64,000 nt of DNA from Pseudomonadota bacterium (GTDB taxonomy: Bacteria; Pseudomonadota; Gammaproteobacteria; Ectothiorhodospirales; Ectothiorhodospiraceae): contig JBNJFQ010000012.1 of NCBI GenBank assembly GCA_051747025.1, forward strand, positions 1,529 to 65,528. Reading direction: 5' to 3'. The notes under the pieces are model-generated. The model made no database searches, was not told where the DNA came from, and saw nothing but the letters and a program-made list of their open reading frames with translations. Below are positions 29,653 through 40,867 of this stretch, piece after piece. The position numbers were made by a program, and so were the translations under genes. Numbering within the stretch: position 1 is the first letter of the stretch; each line of letters begins with the position of its first letter.

Positions 29653-29766
29653 CCGTCATCGCGAGGCCCCGCAGGGGCCGTGGCGATCTCCTGACGTAGC
29701 CACCGGGTCCTGCCGCCGCCGGAGTGTCGGGAGATTGCTTCACCCCTGCGGGGTTCGCAATGACGG
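29653..29766. repeat. Inverted pair of REP-like palindromic units
   Basis: Unit 1 (29653-29696) is CCGTCATCGCGAGGCCCCGCAGGGGCCGTGGCGATCTCCTGACG. The reverse complement of unit 2 (29726-29766) is CCGTCATTGCGAACCCCGCAGGGGTGAAGCAATCTCCCGAC. Each unit is itself a hairpin. The pair lies between the convergent genes grxD and rnt. Confidence 0.75.
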
Positions 29767-29787
29767 GGTCGGCCTCGGGCACCAATG

Positions 29788-30474
29788 TCAGCTCCCCGGC
29801 GGGAGTTCTTCCGGTTCTGGGAGGCGCAGGGCGTTCTGCGGCACCCCGATCCCATCTTGCCAGTCGTTTGCGATCCGGCAGAAGATGTCTGCCGTCTTTT
29901 CCGCATCAAAGGCGGCGCTATGTGCGGACTCGGTGTCCCAGCCGAGTCCGGCGGCGTCGGCGGCGCGTGCCAGTACCGTCTGTCCGAACGCCAGTGCGGA
30001 CAGCGATACCGTGTCCAGGCTGGAGAACGGGTGGAACGGATTGCGTTTGATGCCGCAGCGCTCCGCGGCTGCATGAACGAAGCCCAGATCGAAGTGGGCG
30101 TTGTGTCCGACCAGGATGGCGCGCTTGCAGTGGTTGAGCTTTACCTCGCGTCGGACTTCGCTGAATACCCGTCCCATCGCCTGGTCTTCCGGATAGGCGG
30201 CACGGAGCGGGTGATAGGGGTCGATCCTGTTGACCTCCAGCGACTTCGGATCCATCTCCGAGCCCTCGAACGGGCGCACATGGACGCTGACCGTGCGGTC
30301 TCGCACCAGATGATCGTGTTCGTCGCGACGCAGAAATACCGCGGCGATCTGCAGCAGCGCATGCCGGCTGTCGTCGAAGCCGCCGGTCTCCACGTCCACG
30401 ACCACCGGGAGGAACCCGCGAAACCGGTTCGCCATCGGGCGGTGGTGCGGGGAAAGCGAGACGGGTTCGGGCAT
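29788..30474 (-). CDS. rnt: Ribonuclease T
   Basis: [17 protein letters not shown] (compare E. coli RFRGFYPVVIDVETAGF), [10 protein letters not shown] and [11 protein letters not shown]. The start is set at 30474. Confidence 0.9.
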   Translation of the reverse strand: MPEPVSLSPHHRPMANRFRGFLPVVVDVETGGFDDSRHALLQIAAVFLRRDEHDHLVRDRTVSVHVRPFEGSEMDPKSLEVNRIDPYHPLRAAYPEDQAMGRVFSEVRREVKLNHCKRAILVGHNAHFDLGFVHAAAERCGIKRNPFHPFSSLDTVSLSALAFGQTVLARAADAAGLGWDTESAHSAAFDAEKTADIFCRIANDWQDGIGVPQNALRLPEPEELPPGS

Positions 30475-30737
30475 CGGATTACCTTGGGTTGGGCGGCCTG
30501 GGTCGCCCCCGGCCGGTTGCAGGCGAGGGCGTTCTCTCGTTTTACGGGGCTTTGGTGTTTCTTGGCGCGGGGATCGGCGCCATAGCGGGCTTTCCCTTGA
30601 CCTTGCGGAGGCACAGTCGGGATACTTACACGTTTGCGCCCGCCCGATATCGCCGCATGGTAGCAAAACCCCGACCACCCGGGGCATGGCGCGGCAGCCG
30701 ATAACCCGATTCTTCACCCGTTTCCAGGGATAGACGC

Positions 30738-33401
30738 ATGGACCCGAACGCGATCGAACACGATATCGACCCGCAGGAGACCCAGGAGTGGATTGACGCC
30801 CTGGCCTCCGTGCTGGAGACGGATGGCCCCGAGCGGGCGCATGCCCTCCTCGAGCGCCTGGTCGACAAGGCGCGCCGCAGTGGGGCCTACCTGCCGTACT
30901 CCGCCAACACCGCCTATGTGAATACCATCCCCACGCACCTCGAACCCGAGTATCCGGGTGACGGCGCGGTGGAGCATCGTATTCGTTCCTACATCCGGTG
31001 GAACGCGATGGCGATGGTGGTCAAGGCCAACCGCGCCTCGGCCGAGCTGGGCGGGCATATCGCGAGTTTCGCCTCGGGTGCGACGTTGTACGACGTCGGT
31101 TTCAATCACTTCTGGCATGCTCCTTCGCACGACCACGGTGGTGACCTGCTGTTCGCCCAGGGTCACTCCTCGCCGGGTATCTACGCCCGCGCGTTCATGG
31201 AGGGGCGCCTGACGGAGGAACAGCTGGATCACTTCCGCCGCGAGGTCGACGGCAAGGGCCTGTCGTCCTATCCGCACCCGTGGCTGATGCCGGACTTCTG
31301 GCAGTTTCCCACGGTCTCCATGGGGCTCGGCCCGATTATGAGCATCTACCAGGCGCGCTTCATGCGCTACCTGCAGGATCGCGGCCTGGCGCACACCGAA
31401 AACCGCCGCGTGTGGAGCTTTGTTGGCGACGGCGAGGTGGACGAGCCGGAGACCCTGGGGGCGATCACCCTGGCCTCGCGCGAGAAGCTCGACAACCTGA
31501 CCTGGGTGGTCAACTGCAACCTGCAGCGCCTGGACGGCCCGGTGCGCGGCAACGGCAAGATCGTGCAGGAGCTGGAGGCCATCTTCCGCGGCGCCGGCTG
31601 GAACGTGGTCAAGGTGCTGTGGGGCCGCTACTGGGACCCGCTGCTGGCCAGGGACACCGACGGCCTGTTGCAAAAACGTATGATGGAGGCGGTCGACGGT
31701 GACTACCAGAACTACAAGTCGCGCGACGGTGCCTACGTGCGCGAGCACTTTTTCGGCAAGTACCCCGAACTCAAGCGCATGGTGGCCAACATGTCCGACG
31801 AGGATATCTGGCGCCTGAATCGCGGGGGGCACGACCCGGTCAAGGTCTACGCAGCCTACAAGGCGGCGACCGAGCACAAGGGCCAGCCGACCGTGATCCT
31901 CTCGCACACCGTGAAGGGCTACGGCATGGGTGCCGCCGGGGAGGCGCAGAATCGTACTCACAGCCAGAAGAAGATGGACGCGGACGACATGAAGCAGTTC
32001 CGCGACCGCTTCAACATCCCGCTGTCCGACGAGCAGGTGGAGAGGGCCGAATACATCAAGCCGGACCCCGACTCGGACGAAATGAAGTACATGCACGAGC
32101 GCCGCAAGGCCCTGGGCGGTTACCTGCCAGTGCGCCGCCCGCTGGCCACGCCGCTCGAAGTGCCCGGCCTGGACGCCTTCAACGGCCTGCTGGAGGCCTC
32201 CGGCGAGCGCGAGATGTCCACGACCATGGCCTTCGTGCGCCTGCTGACCCTGCTCGCCCGGGACAAGAAGATTGGCAAGAACGTCGTCCCGATTGTGCCC
32301 GACGAGGCCCGCACCTTCGGCATGGAAGGGTTGTTCCGTCAGTTGGGGATCTATTCCTCGGTTGGTCAGCTCTACGAGCCGCAGGACAAGGATCAGGTGA
32401 TGTATTACAAGGAGGACAAGAAGGGTCAGATCCTGGAAGAAGGGATCAACGAGGCCGGTTCCATGTCCTCCTGGATTGCGGCCGCGACCTCCTATTCCAC
32501 GCATGGTGTGGCGATGGTGCCGTTCTACATCTTCTACTCGATGTTCGGCTTCCAGCGCGTCGGCGACCTGATCTGGGCCGCCGGCGACATGCGCTCGCGC
32601 GGCTTCCTGATGGGGGCGACCGCCGGGCGCACCACGCTGGCCGGCGAGGGCCTGCAGCACGACGACGGCCACAGCCCGATGTTGGCCGCCAATGTGCCCA
32701 ACTGCATCGCCTATGATCCGACGTTCGCCTATGAGCTGGCAGTGATCGTGCAGGATGGCATGCGCCGTATGTACGCGGAGCAGCAAAGCGTCTTCTACTA
32801 CATCACCGTGATGAACGAGAACTACCCGCAGCCAGCCATGCCGAAGGGTGCCGAGGAAGGCATCCGCCGCGGTCTGTACCGGCTGCAGGCCGGTGGGCGC
32901 AAGAAAAAGAAGGTGCGCCTGCTGGGTTCCGGCACCATCCTGCGCGAGGCCATCGCCGCCGCCGAACTGCTGGACCAGGACTTCGGCGTGGCTGCCGAGG
33001 TCTGGAGCGCGACCAGCTTCAACGAACTGGCGCGCGACGGCCGCGATGCCGAGCGCCACGCCCGCCTGAACCCGGAGGCCAGGCCGCGCAAGTCCTGGGT
33101 GGAGGAATGCCTGGGGGGGACGGATACCCCGGTGGTGGCCGCGACCGACTATGTCCAGGCCTACCCCGACCAGATCCGCGCCTTCGTGTCGGCCGACTAC
33201 CGCGTGCTGGGTACCGACGGCTTCGGCCGGTCGGATACCCGGGCCGCGCTGCGCCGCCATTTCGAGGTGGATCGCTACCATATCGCGGTCACGGCCCTGA
33301 AGGCCCTGGCCGACGCTGGGACCGTCGAGGTCAAGACCGTCTCCGACGCGATCAAGAAGTACAAGATCGACGTCAAACGGCCCAACCCCTTGCAGGCCTG
33401 A
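30738..33401 (+). CDS. aceE: Pyruvate dehydrogenase E1 component (homodimeric type)
   Basis: 887 aa. N-terminal [12 protein letters not shown], the ThDP motif GDGEVDEPE...[14 protein letters not shown], and its position upstream of E2 and E3. Confidence 0.95.
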   Translation: MDPNAIEHDIDPQETQEWIDALASVLETDGPERAHALLERLVDKARRSGAYLPYSANTAYVNTIPTHLEPEYPGDGAVEHRIRSYIRWNAMAMVVKANRASAELGGHIASFASGATLYDVGFNHFWHAPSHDHGGDLLFAQGHSSPGIYARAFMEGRLTEEQLDHFRREVDGKGLSSYPHPWLMPDFWQFPTVSMGLGPIMSIYQARFMRYLQDRGLAHTENRRVWSFVGDGEVDEPETLGAITLASREKLDNLTWVVNCNLQRLDGPVRGNGKIVQELEAIFRGAGWNVVKVLWGRYWDPLLARDTDGLLQKRMMEAVDGDYQNYKSRDGAYVREHFFGKYPELKRMVANMSDEDIWRLNRGGHDPVKVYAAYKAATEHKGQPTVILSHTVKGYGMGAAGEAQNRTHSQKKMDADDMKQFRDRFNIPLSDEQVERAEYIKPDPDSDEMKYMHERRKALGGYLPVRRPLATPLEVPGLDAFNGLLEASGEREMSTTMAFVRLLTLLARDKKIGKNVVPIVPDEARTFGMEGLFRQLGIYSSVGQLYEPQDKDQVMYYKEDKKGQILEEGINEAGSMSSWIAAATSYSTHGVAMVPFYIFYSMFGFQRVGDLIWAAGDMRSRGFLMGATAGRTTLAGEGLQHDDGHSPMLAANVPNCIAYDPTFAYELAVIVQDGMRRMYAEQQSVFYYITVMNENYPQPAMPKGAEEGIRRGLYRLQAGGRKKKKVRLLGSGTILREAIAAAELLDQDFGVAAEVWSATSFNELARDGRDAERHARLNPEARPRKSWVEECLGGTDTPVVAATDYVQAYPDQIRAFVSADYRVLGTDGFGRSDTRAALRRHFEVDRYHIAVTALKALADAGTVEVKTVSDAIKKYKIDVKRPNPLQA

Positions 33402-33429
33402 GGCCGCCGGTACCGAGGCAGGAGCAGAC

Positions 33430-34740
33430 ATGAGCAACACGACTACCGTGCACGTGCCGGATATTGGTGATTTCAAGGACGTCGAGATCATCGAGGTGAT
33501 CGTCAGCCCCGGGGACACCGTGGCCCCCGAGGATCCGTTGATCACGCTGGAATCGGACAAGGCCTCCATCGAGATCCCGGCCCCCCAGGGTGGTACGGTG
33601 AAGGCGCTGAAGGTCAAGGCCGGCGATCGAGTCAGCGAGGGCGACCCGATCCTGGAACTGGAACCCTCCGACGAGGGTGCGGCCGAGGAGGGATCCGCGA
33701 AGGAGGAAGCGCCGTCTTCCGCGGACGCCCAGGCCGAGCCGGCCCCCGAGGCCGAAAAGCCACAACCGCCCGAAGCGCCGAAGGTCGCCGACCGGGCCGA
33801 CCCGCGCCCGTCGCCCACCGAGCACATCCGCGACGAATCGGCCTTCCGCAAGGCCCATGCCTCGCCGGTGGTGCGCAAGTTCGCGCGCGAGCTGGGCGTG
33901 GACCTCAGCAAGGTCGAGGGATCCGGGCGCAAGGGGCGCATCCTGCGCGAGGACGTGCAGGGCTTCGTCAAGCGCGCGCTGAGCCAGGGCGCCGGTGGCG
34001 GGCTGGGGGTCGAGCCGATGCCGGAGATCGACTTCTCCGAGTTCGGTCCGATCGAGACCCAGCCGCTGTCGAAGATCAACAAGCTCACCGGCAAGAACCT
34101 GCATCGCAACTGGGTCACCGTCCCGCACGTGACTCAGTTCGACGAGGCAGATATCACCGAGCTCGAGGATTTCCGCAAGTCGCTGAAGGCCGAGTACGAG
34201 AAGAAGGGCGTGAAGGTCACCTTCCTGCCGTTCCTGATGAAGGCGGTAGTCTCCGCGCTCAGGCAGTACCCGCGCTTCAATGCCTCGCTGGATGCGACCG
34301 GCGAGAACCTGATCATCAAGCAGTACTACAACCTCGGCATCGCGGTGGACACGCCAGACGGCCTGGTCGTCCCGGTGGTGCGCGATGTCGACCGCAAGAG
34401 CCTGGTCGACATCGCCTCCGAGCTGATGGACCTGTCCCAGCGTGCCCGCGACAAGAAGCTCAAGCCGGCGGACATGCAGGGCGGCTGCATGACCATCTCC
34501 AGCCTCGGCGGGATCGGCGGCACCCAGTTCACCCCGATCGTGAATGCCCCCGAGGTCGCAATCCTGGGCGTGTCGCGCTCCAGCATGAAGCCCGTCTGGA
34601 ATGGCAAGGAGTTCGAGCCGCGCCTGATCCTGCCGCTGGCGCTGTCCTACGATCACCGGGTGATCGACGGCGCGCTGGGCGCGCGCTTTGCCACCACGCT
34701 GAGCGCATTGCTGTCCGATATGCGTCGCATGCTGCTGTAA
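33430..34740 (+). CDS. aceF: Dihydrolipoamide acetyltransferase E2 (single lipoyl domain)
   Basis: One lipoyl domain (LESDKASIEIPAP), Ala/Pro/Glu linkers, an E3-binding domain (ASPVVRKFARELGVDL) and the catalytic motif SYDHRVIDGA. Confidence 0.93.
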   Translation: MSNTTTVHVPDIGDFKDVEIIEVIVSPGDTVAPEDPLITLESDKASIEIPAPQGGTVKALKVKAGDRVSEGDPILELEPSDEGAAEEGSAKEEAPSSADAQAEPAPEAEKPQPPEAPKVADRADPRPSPTEHIRDESAFRKAHASPVVRKFARELGVDLSKVEGSGRKGRILREDVQGFVKRALSQGAGGGLGVEPMPEIDFSEFGPIETQPLSKINKLTGKNLHRNWVTVPHVTQFDEADITELEDFRKSLKAEYEKKGVKVTFLPFLMKAVVSALRQYPRFNASLDATGENLIIKQYYNLGIAVDTPDGLVVPVVRDVDRKSLVDIASELMDLSQRARDKKLKPADMQGGCMTISSLGGIGGTQFTPIVNAPEVAILGVSRSSMKPVWNGKEFEPRLILPLALSYDHRVIDGALGARFATTLSALLSDMRRMLL

Positions 34741-34764
34741 CCGAATGCCAACCGGAGCGATTGG

Positions 34765-36546
34765 ATGAGCCAGACCAAGACCATCGAGGTCCCGGACATC
34801 GGGGATTTCAAGGACGTCGAGATTATCGAGGTCCTGGTACAGCCGGGCAGCGAGATCGCGCCGGAAGACCCGCTGATCACCCTGGAGTCCGACAAGGCGA
34901 CCATCGACGTGCCTGCCCCCGAGGCCGGCACGGTTAAGAAGCTGCATGTGAAGGTCGGGGACAAGGTGTCCAGGGGCAGCAAGATTCTGGATCTCGAGAC
35001 CAGTGGCGAGGCTTCGGGCAGCGATGACGCCCCCGCATCCGGTGGCGACAAGGCCGAATCGGCCAAGGCGGAATCCGCTGCTGCGAGCGAGCCGAAGAAG
35101 GCGGCGCCCAAGGCCGCCGCCGATCCCGGCACCGACAGCCAGTGCCAGGTGCTGGTGCTGGGTTCTGGTCCCGGCGGCTACACTGCCGCCTTCCGCGCCG
35201 CGGATCTGGGGCTGGACGTGGTGATGGCCGAGCGCTTCCCGGTGATCGGCGGGGTGTGCCTGAACGTCGGCTGCATCCCGTCCAAGGCGCTGTTGCATGC
35301 CGGTGAGGTGCTGCACGAGGCCGAACGCTTTGCCGCGCTGGGTATCAAGTTCGGCGAGCCGGAGATCGAGCTGGACGGTCTGCGCGGCTACAAGGACGGT
35401 ACAGTCAAGAAGCTGACCGGCGGCCTCAAGCAGCTGGCCAAGCAGCGCAAGGTGCGCGTGGTGCAGGGCGTCGGCCAATTTACCGGGGCGAACAGCATCG
35501 CGGTGGAGGGTGACAAGGGTCGCGAGGTGATCGGCTTCGAGCACGCGATCATCGCGGTCGGCTCGCAGGCGATCAAGCTGCCTGGTTTCCCCTGGGATGA
35601 CGAGCGGGTGATGGATTCCACCGATGCGCTGGACCTGGCCGAGATCCCGGAGCGCATGCTGGTGGTCGGTGGCGGGATCATCGGCCTGGAGATGGCCTGC
35701 GTGTACGAGGCGCTGGGCTCGAAGGTCACGGTTGTGGAACTGTCCGACACCCTGATGCCGGGCGCGGACCGCGACATCGTGCGTCCGTTCGAGAAGCGCG
35801 CGAAGAAGCGCTTCGAGAACATCTTCCTCAAGAGCAAGGTCTCCGGGGCCAAGGCCACCAAGGCCGGGATTGTCTGCCAGTTCGAGGGCGAGGCCAGGGG
35901 CCTTCCGGAAGAGGACACCTTCGATCGCGTGCTGGTCGCCGTGGGGCGCAGCCCGAACGGGGCAAAGATCAACGCCGAGGCGGCCGGCGTGCAGGTGAGC
36001 GAGCGCGGCTTTATCGAGGTCGACAGCCAACAGCGCACCAATGTCGAGCACATCTTCGCCATCGGCGACGTGGTCGGCCAGCCGATGCTGGCGCACAAGG
36101 CTACCCACGAGGGTAAGGTGGCGGCCGAAGTGATCGCCGGGCACAAGGTCCACTTCGACGCCCGCGCCATCCCGTCGGTGGCCTATACCCACCCCGAGGT
36201 CGCCTGGATGGGTGTGACCGAGGAGCAGGCGAAGGCCGACGGTATCGAGTACACCAAGGGCGTGTTCCCCTGGGCTGCCTCGGGCCGCGCGATCGCGCTG
36301 GGTGCGGAGGACGGCATGACCAAGCTGCTGTTCGACGCCGAGGGCCGCGTGATCGGGGCCGGTCTGGTGGGTCCATCCGCCGGCGACCTGATTGGCGAGG
36401 CGATGCTGGCGCTGGAGATGGGTGCGGAGGCCGAGGACATCGGGCTGACCGTGCACCCGCACCCGACCCTCAGCGAGACGGTGGCGTTTGCCGCCGAGGC
36501 CGCGCACGGCTCGATCACCGACATCCTGCCGCCAAAGAAGCGCTAG
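34765..36546 (+). CDS. lpdA: Dihydrolipoyl dehydrogenase E3 with an N-terminal lipoyl domain
   Basis: The N-terminal lipoyl domain (LESDKATIDVPAP) is paralogous to that of aceF. It is followed by GSGPGGYTAAFRAADLG, the redox disulfide GGVCLNVGCIPSK, and HAHPTLSE-type HPHPTLSE. Confidence 0.93.
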   Translation: MSQTKTIEVPDIGDFKDVEIIEVLVQPGSEIAPEDPLITLESDKATIDVPAPEAGTVKKLHVKVGDKVSRGSKILDLETSGEASGSDDAPASGGDKAESAKAESAAASEPKKAAPKAAADPGTDSQCQVLVLGSGPGGYTAAFRAADLGLDVVMAERFPVIGGVCLNVGCIPSKALLHAGEVLHEAERFAALGIKFGEPEIELDGLRGYKDGTVKKLTGGLKQLAKQRKVRVVQGVGQFTGANSIAVEGDKGREVIGFEHAIIAVGSQAIKLPGFPWDDERVMDSTDALDLAEIPERMLVVGGGIIGLEMACVYEALGSKVTVVELSDTLMPGADRDIVRPFEKRAKKRFENIFLKSKVSGAKATKAGIVCQFEGEARGLPEEDTFDRVLVAVGRSPNGAKINAEAAGVQVSERGFIEVDSQQRTNVEHIFAIGDVVGQPMLAHKATHEGKVAAEVIAGHKVHFDARAIPSVAYTHPEVAWMGVTEEQAKADGIEYTKGVFPWAASGRAIALGAEDGMTKLLFDAEGRVIGAGLVGPSAGDLIGEAMLALEMGAEAEDIGLTVHPHPTLSETVAFAAEAAHGSITDILPPKKR

Positions 36547-36552
36547 CGCATC

Positions 36553-37491
36553 ATGGCCGGACTGTTGCGCCAGTGGTTGCGTCGCGTACTCCCGGGCCTG
36601 ATGCTCGGGGCCGGCATGACCACGGCAGGCGCCGAGCCCTACAGCGAGCCACTGGAGCGCAGTGACTGGAAGGTCGGCGAGGACAACGCAATCTGTCTGC
36701 TCGAGCAGGAAGTGCGCCACGGTGGCCACTTCCGCTTCGAGAGCCGCCCCGGCGTGGTGACGAGCGCCGTCTGGCAGGCGCCGTATCCGATGCCGGATCT
36801 CGAGATGCCGCCGCGCCTGCGCACCGGTGCCCCGGAGTGGTTGCGCCCGGCGACCCTGGACCCCCTGGATCTGCGGCTGCAGGCACGGGGCACCCGCGAG
36901 TTCTACGTACCCCCGGCACAGGTGCAGGCCCTGCGGGCGCGGCTGCAGGCCGGGCACGACCTGCGGATCGACTTTCCGGATGACGAGGGTGCGGTGCATT
37001 TCCGGGGAATCCGGTTTGCGCGCCGGATGGGTGAATTCAATGCCTGCCATGCCAGCCACGGGCGCCCCGCTGGCGGGCCCGACAGCGGGGCCCTGGGGCG
37101 CTGGAGCATCCACTTCGAGACCGCAAGTGACCGGCTGGACGGGGAGGCCCGGGCGACCCTGGATGCGTTACTCGAGGCACTGCGTGGCTCGCCGGGGGCG
37201 CGCTTGCGGGTGGTCGGCTGGACCGATGCGCAGGGGCCGCTGGAAATCAACCGGCGTTTGAGCCGCGCACGCGCGGCGGCGGTGCGCGACGCACTGATGG
37301 ATCTCGGGATCCCGGAGGGGCGCATCGAGCTGGAGGCCCCGGGCGTGGATCCGGTGGCGGACGGTGAGCGGGCGGCCTCGCGGCGCACCGATATCTGGTG
37401 GGTCGATGCCGGCGCACCGGAACCGTCTGCGGCTCCGGGACGGGAGGCCGGATCACCCGGGAACCCCGAATCCGGACATCCGGCCTGGTAG
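36553..37491 (+). CDS. OmpA-family protein (C-terminal OmpA/MotB peptidoglycan-binding domain; N-domain possibly MotY-like)
   Basis: Signal peptide. The C-terminal motif is [32 protein letters not shown]. The N-domain call is only a weak resemblance. Confidence 0.7.
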   Translation: MAGLLRQWLRRVLPGLMLGAGMTTAGAEPYSEPLERSDWKVGEDNAICLLEQEVRHGGHFRFESRPGVVTSAVWQAPYPMPDLEMPPRLRTGAPEWLRPATLDPLDLRLQARGTREFYVPPAQVQALRARLQAGHDLRIDFPDDEGAVHFRGIRFARRMGEFNACHASHGRPAGGPDSGALGRWSIHFETASDRLDGEARATLDALLEALRGSPGARLRVVGWTDAQGPLEINRRLSRARAAAVRDALMDLGIPEGRIELEAPGVDPVADGERAASRRTDIWWVDAGAPEPSAAPGREAGSPGNPESGHPAW

Positions 37492-37547
37492 TGAAGAACC
37501 CCCGAAAACCGACTATAACCAAGCAAACGCAAAGGATTTCTACCCTG

Positions 37548-38771
37548 ATGAGTACCAAGATTAACCGTGTCGTGCTTGCCTATTCCGGCGGCCTGGATAC
37601 CTCCGTGATCCTCAAATGGCTGGAAGAGCAATACGGTTGCGAGGTCATCACCTTTACTGCCGACCTGGGGCAGGGCGAGGAGGTCGAACCGGCCCGGGCC
37701 AAGGCCGAGGCCCTGGGCGTGGAGCGGATCTACATCGAGGACCTGCGCGAGACCTTCGTGCGCGACTACGTGTTCCCGATGTTTCGGGCCAATACGGTCT
37801 ACGAGGGCGAGTATCTGCTGGGCACCTCTATCGCTCGCCCGCTGATCGCGCGGCGCATGGTGGAGATTGCCGAGGAGACCGGCGCCGACGCTATCGCCCA
37901 CGGCGCCACCGGCAAGGGCAATGACCAGGTACGCTTCGAGCTGGGCGCCTACGCGCTGAAGCCGGGGATCCGGGTGATTGCGCCCTGGCGCGAGTGGGAC
38001 CTGAACTCGCGCGAGCGCCTGATGGCCTACGCCGAGCAGCACAACATCCCGGTGGACTACAAGAAGCAGGGTACCAAGTCGCCGTACTCCATGGATGCCA
38101 ACCTGCTGCATATCTCCTACGAAGGCGGTCCGCTGGAGGACCCGTGGACCGAGGCCGAGGAGGACATGTGGCGCTGGTCGGTTTCCCCCGAGGCCGCGCC
38201 GGACCAGTCCGAGACCCTGACCATCGGCTTCGAGAACGGTGATCCGGTTTCGGTCAACGGCGAGCGCCTGAGCGCCGCAGCGCTCCTGTCCAGGCTCAAC
38301 GAGCGTGGCGGAGCCCACGGCGTGGGTCGCCTGGATATCGTCGAGAACCGCTATGTCGGCATGAAGTCGCGCGGCTGCTACGAGACACCCGGCGGCACTA
38401 TCCTGCTCAAAGCCCGCCGGGCGCTGGAGTCCATCACCCTGGATCGCGAGGCCGCGCATTTGAAGGACGAGCTGATGCCGCGCTATGCCAGCCTGATCTA
38501 CAACGGCTACTGGTGGAGCCCGGAGCGGCGCATGCTGCAGGCCGCGATCGATGACACCCAGGGCGTGGTCAACGGCGAGGTGCGCCTGCGCCTGTACAAG
38601 GGCAACGTGATCGTCGCCGGTCGCCGCTCCGAGGACACCCTGTTCGACGATGCCATCGCTACCTTCGAGGACGACGCCGGTGCCTACGACCAGAAGGACG
38701 CCGAGGGCTTCATCCGCCTCAACGCGCTGCGCCTGCGCATCGCCGCCAGCCGCAATCGTACGCCCACATGA
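37548..38771 (+). CDS. argG: Argininosuccinate synthase
   Basis: [36 protein letters not shown] and [18 protein letters not shown]. Confidence 0.95.
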   Translation: MSTKINRVVLAYSGGLDTSVILKWLEEQYGCEVITFTADLGQGEEVEPARAKAEALGVERIYIEDLRETFVRDYVFPMFRANTVYEGEYLLGTSIARPLIARRMVEIAEETGADAIAHGATGKGNDQVRFELGAYALKPGIRVIAPWREWDLNSRERLMAYAEQHNIPVDYKKQGTKSPYSMDANLLHISYEGGPLEDPWTEAEEDMWRWSVSPEAAPDQSETLTIGFENGDPVSVNGERLSAAALLSRLNERGGAHGVGRLDIVENRYVGMKSRGCYETPGGTILLKARRALESITLDREAAHLKDELMPRYASLIYNGYWWSPERRMLQAAIDDTQGVVNGEVRLRLYKGNVIVAGRRSEDTLFDDAIATFEDDAGAYDQKDAEGFIRLNALRLRIAASRNRTPT

Positions 38772-38772
38772 G

Positions 38773-40818
38773 ATGAGCGCCGCGCGTGCCAGAGACGCTT
38801 CGGAATTCGCGCCGCGCGGCGGGTTGGCTGCACCGGGGCAGGCTCTGGCCGCGGGTGGTCACGGCTGGCCGGCGTGGCTCATCGCCCTCGTCCTGGTGCT
38901 GCTGGTATCCGCGCATGATGACGTTCGGGCCGAGGCGTCGGCCCAGCCGGCCGCCCCGGCCACGCTGACCTTCGGCGTGCTTGCCCATCGCGGCGAGGCG
39001 CGGGCGCTCGAGCAATGGGGCCCGTTTGCCCGCTATCTGGGGGAGCAACTGGACGGCGCCTCGGTCGAACTGGTCCCGGTCAACAACGACGGGATGCAGG
39101 CCGCGGTGGCCGCCGGGCGCTTCGATCTGATCCTGACCAATGGCGGTTCCTACGTGATGCTGGAGCAGCGTCACGGTATTTCGCGTATCGCGACCATGCA
39201 GCCCGCTGCGGTGGGCCGCGACGCCGATCGCTTCGGGGCGGTGGTGATCACCCGCACGGATCGCGACGACCTGGAGGAACTCTCGGACCTGGCCGGACAG
39301 CGGCTTTCGGCGGTCCACCCGGATGCCTTCGGGGGCTGGTGGATGACCTGGCGCGAATTGAAGGACAGGGGCCTGGATGTCGAGGAAGACCTGGCGGACC
39401 TGGTGTTCACCGACTTTCCGGTGAGCCGCGGGATCGACTGGGTACTGGACGGGCGTGTCGATGCCGCCACCTTCCGTACCGGGATCCTCGAGGACCTGGA
39501 GGCCCGCCAGGATCCGCGCGTGGACCAGTTGCGCCTGGTGGGCGAGCGCGCCTTTCCCCATTTCCCCTATCGCAGTTCGACCCGTCTGTATCCGGAGTGG
39601 CCGCTGGCGATGCGTGGTGATCTGGAGGCGGGCCTGGCGCACCGCATCCTGCAGGCGACGCTGGCGTTGCCGGAGGACCATCCGGCGGCCCGCGCCGCAG
39701 GCATCGCGGGCTGGACCGCGCCGCGTTCCTACGACGGGGTGCACACCCTGATGTACGAGCTCGGCGTAGGGCTGTATGCGCCGGAACCTTTCCATGTCCT
39801 CGACTGGCTGCGTGCCCATCTGCTCTGGATCGTCTCCGCCCTGACCCTGCTCATCGGCCTCGCCCTGATGTACGTGACGCACGCCCATGCGCGGCTGCGG
39901 ATTGCCGGCCACAACCTGGAACGCAGCATGGAGGCGATCCCTGATGCGGTGATCACGCTCGATGCGCGCGACGGGATTGCCTACATGAACCCCGCTGCCG
40001 AGGCGATGACCGGCCTGGTGGGCGACCAGGCTCGCGGGGCCCATCTCGATCAGGTGCTGGATTTGCGCGAACTGGGCGGCGAACAGCCGCTTCTGAAGCC
40101 CGCACGCGGCGTAAAATTGGCCGCCCGTCTCGGGCGGCGCACGGATGCCCGTCTGGTGGATCGCCAGGGTCACGAGCGCATCGTGCAAGTGGCGCGCACC
40201 CCCCTGGATCCGGTTGCCGGGGCGTCGGTACGCAACCTGCTGGTGCTGACCGATGTCTCGGAGCAGCGGCGTCTGGTCGACCGGCTGGTGCACGAGGCCA
40301 GTCACGATGCGCTGACCGGGTTGCTGAATCGCCGCGCCTTCGAACAGGAGCTGGAGGCGGCGCTGGAACGAGCTGCCCGCGAAGGTTCGGTGGCCAGCCT
40401 GCTGCTGGTGGATCTCGATTATTTCAAGGATGTCAACGACCATCATGGTCACCGGGTGGGCGACGAGCTGTTGCGCCAGGTGGCGCAGGTCCTGCGGCAG
40501 CTGACCCGCAGCGGGGATGCCGTCGCGCGAATCGGCGGCGACGAGTTTGCCATTATCGCGTTCGCGACCGACAGCGAGAACGCACAGATCCTGGGGCAGC
40601 GTATTTGCAGTGCGCTCGGGGATCGTCCGTTGCAGGTCGAGGCCAGGGAGGTCACCATTGGCGCTTCCGTTGGTGTCCTGGAGTTGACGGCCGACCTGCC
40701 CGGGATCGACGAGGCGTTTGTCGCGGCCGATCGTGCCTGTTACCAGGCGAAGGACGAGGGACGCGGCCGGGTCGGCATGGCCCGCAGGGCGGACATTCAT
40801 CCCATTACCGGATCCTGA
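38773..40818 (+). CDS. Sensor diguanylate cyclase (periplasmic PhnD-like PBP domain - TM - PAS - GGDEF)
   Basis: The periplasmic domain is paralogous to that of the HD-GYP protein at 13966 (shared [11 protein letters not shown] and AGWT.PR.Y..VH). PAS segment, then GGDEF with the I-site RSGD. The exact start is uncertain; ATG 38773 is 2 nt after the argG stop. Confidence 0.85.
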   Translation: MSAARARDASEFAPRGGLAAPGQALAAGGHGWPAWLIALVLVLLVSAHDDVRAEASAQPAAPATLTFGVLAHRGEARALEQWGPFARYLGEQLDGASVELVPVNNDGMQAAVAAGRFDLILTNGGSYVMLEQRHGISRIATMQPAAVGRDADRFGAVVITRTDRDDLEELSDLAGQRLSAVHPDAFGGWWMTWRELKDRGLDVEEDLADLVFTDFPVSRGIDWVLDGRVDAATFRTGILEDLEARQDPRVDQLRLVGERAFPHFPYRSSTRLYPEWPLAMRGDLEAGLAHRILQATLALPEDHPAARAAGIAGWTAPRSYDGVHTLMYELGVGLYAPEPFHVLDWLRAHLLWIVSALTLLIGLALMYVTHAHARLRIAGHNLERSMEAIPDAVITLDARDGIAYMNPAAEAMTGLVGDQARGAHLDQVLDLRELGGEQPLLKPARGVKLAARLGRRTDARLVDRQGHERIVQVARTPLDPVAGASVRNLLVLTDVSEQRRLVDRLVHEASHDALTGLLNRRAFEQELEAALERAAREGSVASLLLVDLDYFKDVNDHHGHRVGDELLRQVAQVLRQLTRSGDAVARIGGDEFAIIAFATDSENAQILGQRICSALGDRPLQVEAREVTIGASVGVLELTADLPGIDEAFVAADRACYQAKDEGRGRVGMARRADIHPITGS

Positions 40819-40867
40819 CGGGGCGTGCGGTTTCCCGGGGTGCCGGCCGGAGCGATAAAGGAACCAC

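Noticed and set aside
30597-30626. TTGACC-N17/18-GATACT as the aceE promoter; also TAGTATACTA (29207-29216) upstream of grxD and TACAAT (25451-25456) upstream of tRNA-Gln.
   Set aside because: They are plausible, but each is a single weak hexamer match without supporting evidence, so they are not reported as features.
30714-37113. Very long antisense ORFs opposite aceE, aceF and lpdA (30714-34118, 1134 aa; 33373-37113, 1246 aa). Similar long antisense ORFs lie opposite other large genes, e.g. 13666-15558, 6603-8318, 41530-43571 and 62001-63947.
   Set aside because: Their translations are Arg/Gly/Pro/Ala/His-rich low-complexity strings with no recognisable motifs. The opposite strand encodes unmistakable conserved proteins. 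Long stop-free antisense frames are expected at this G+C level.
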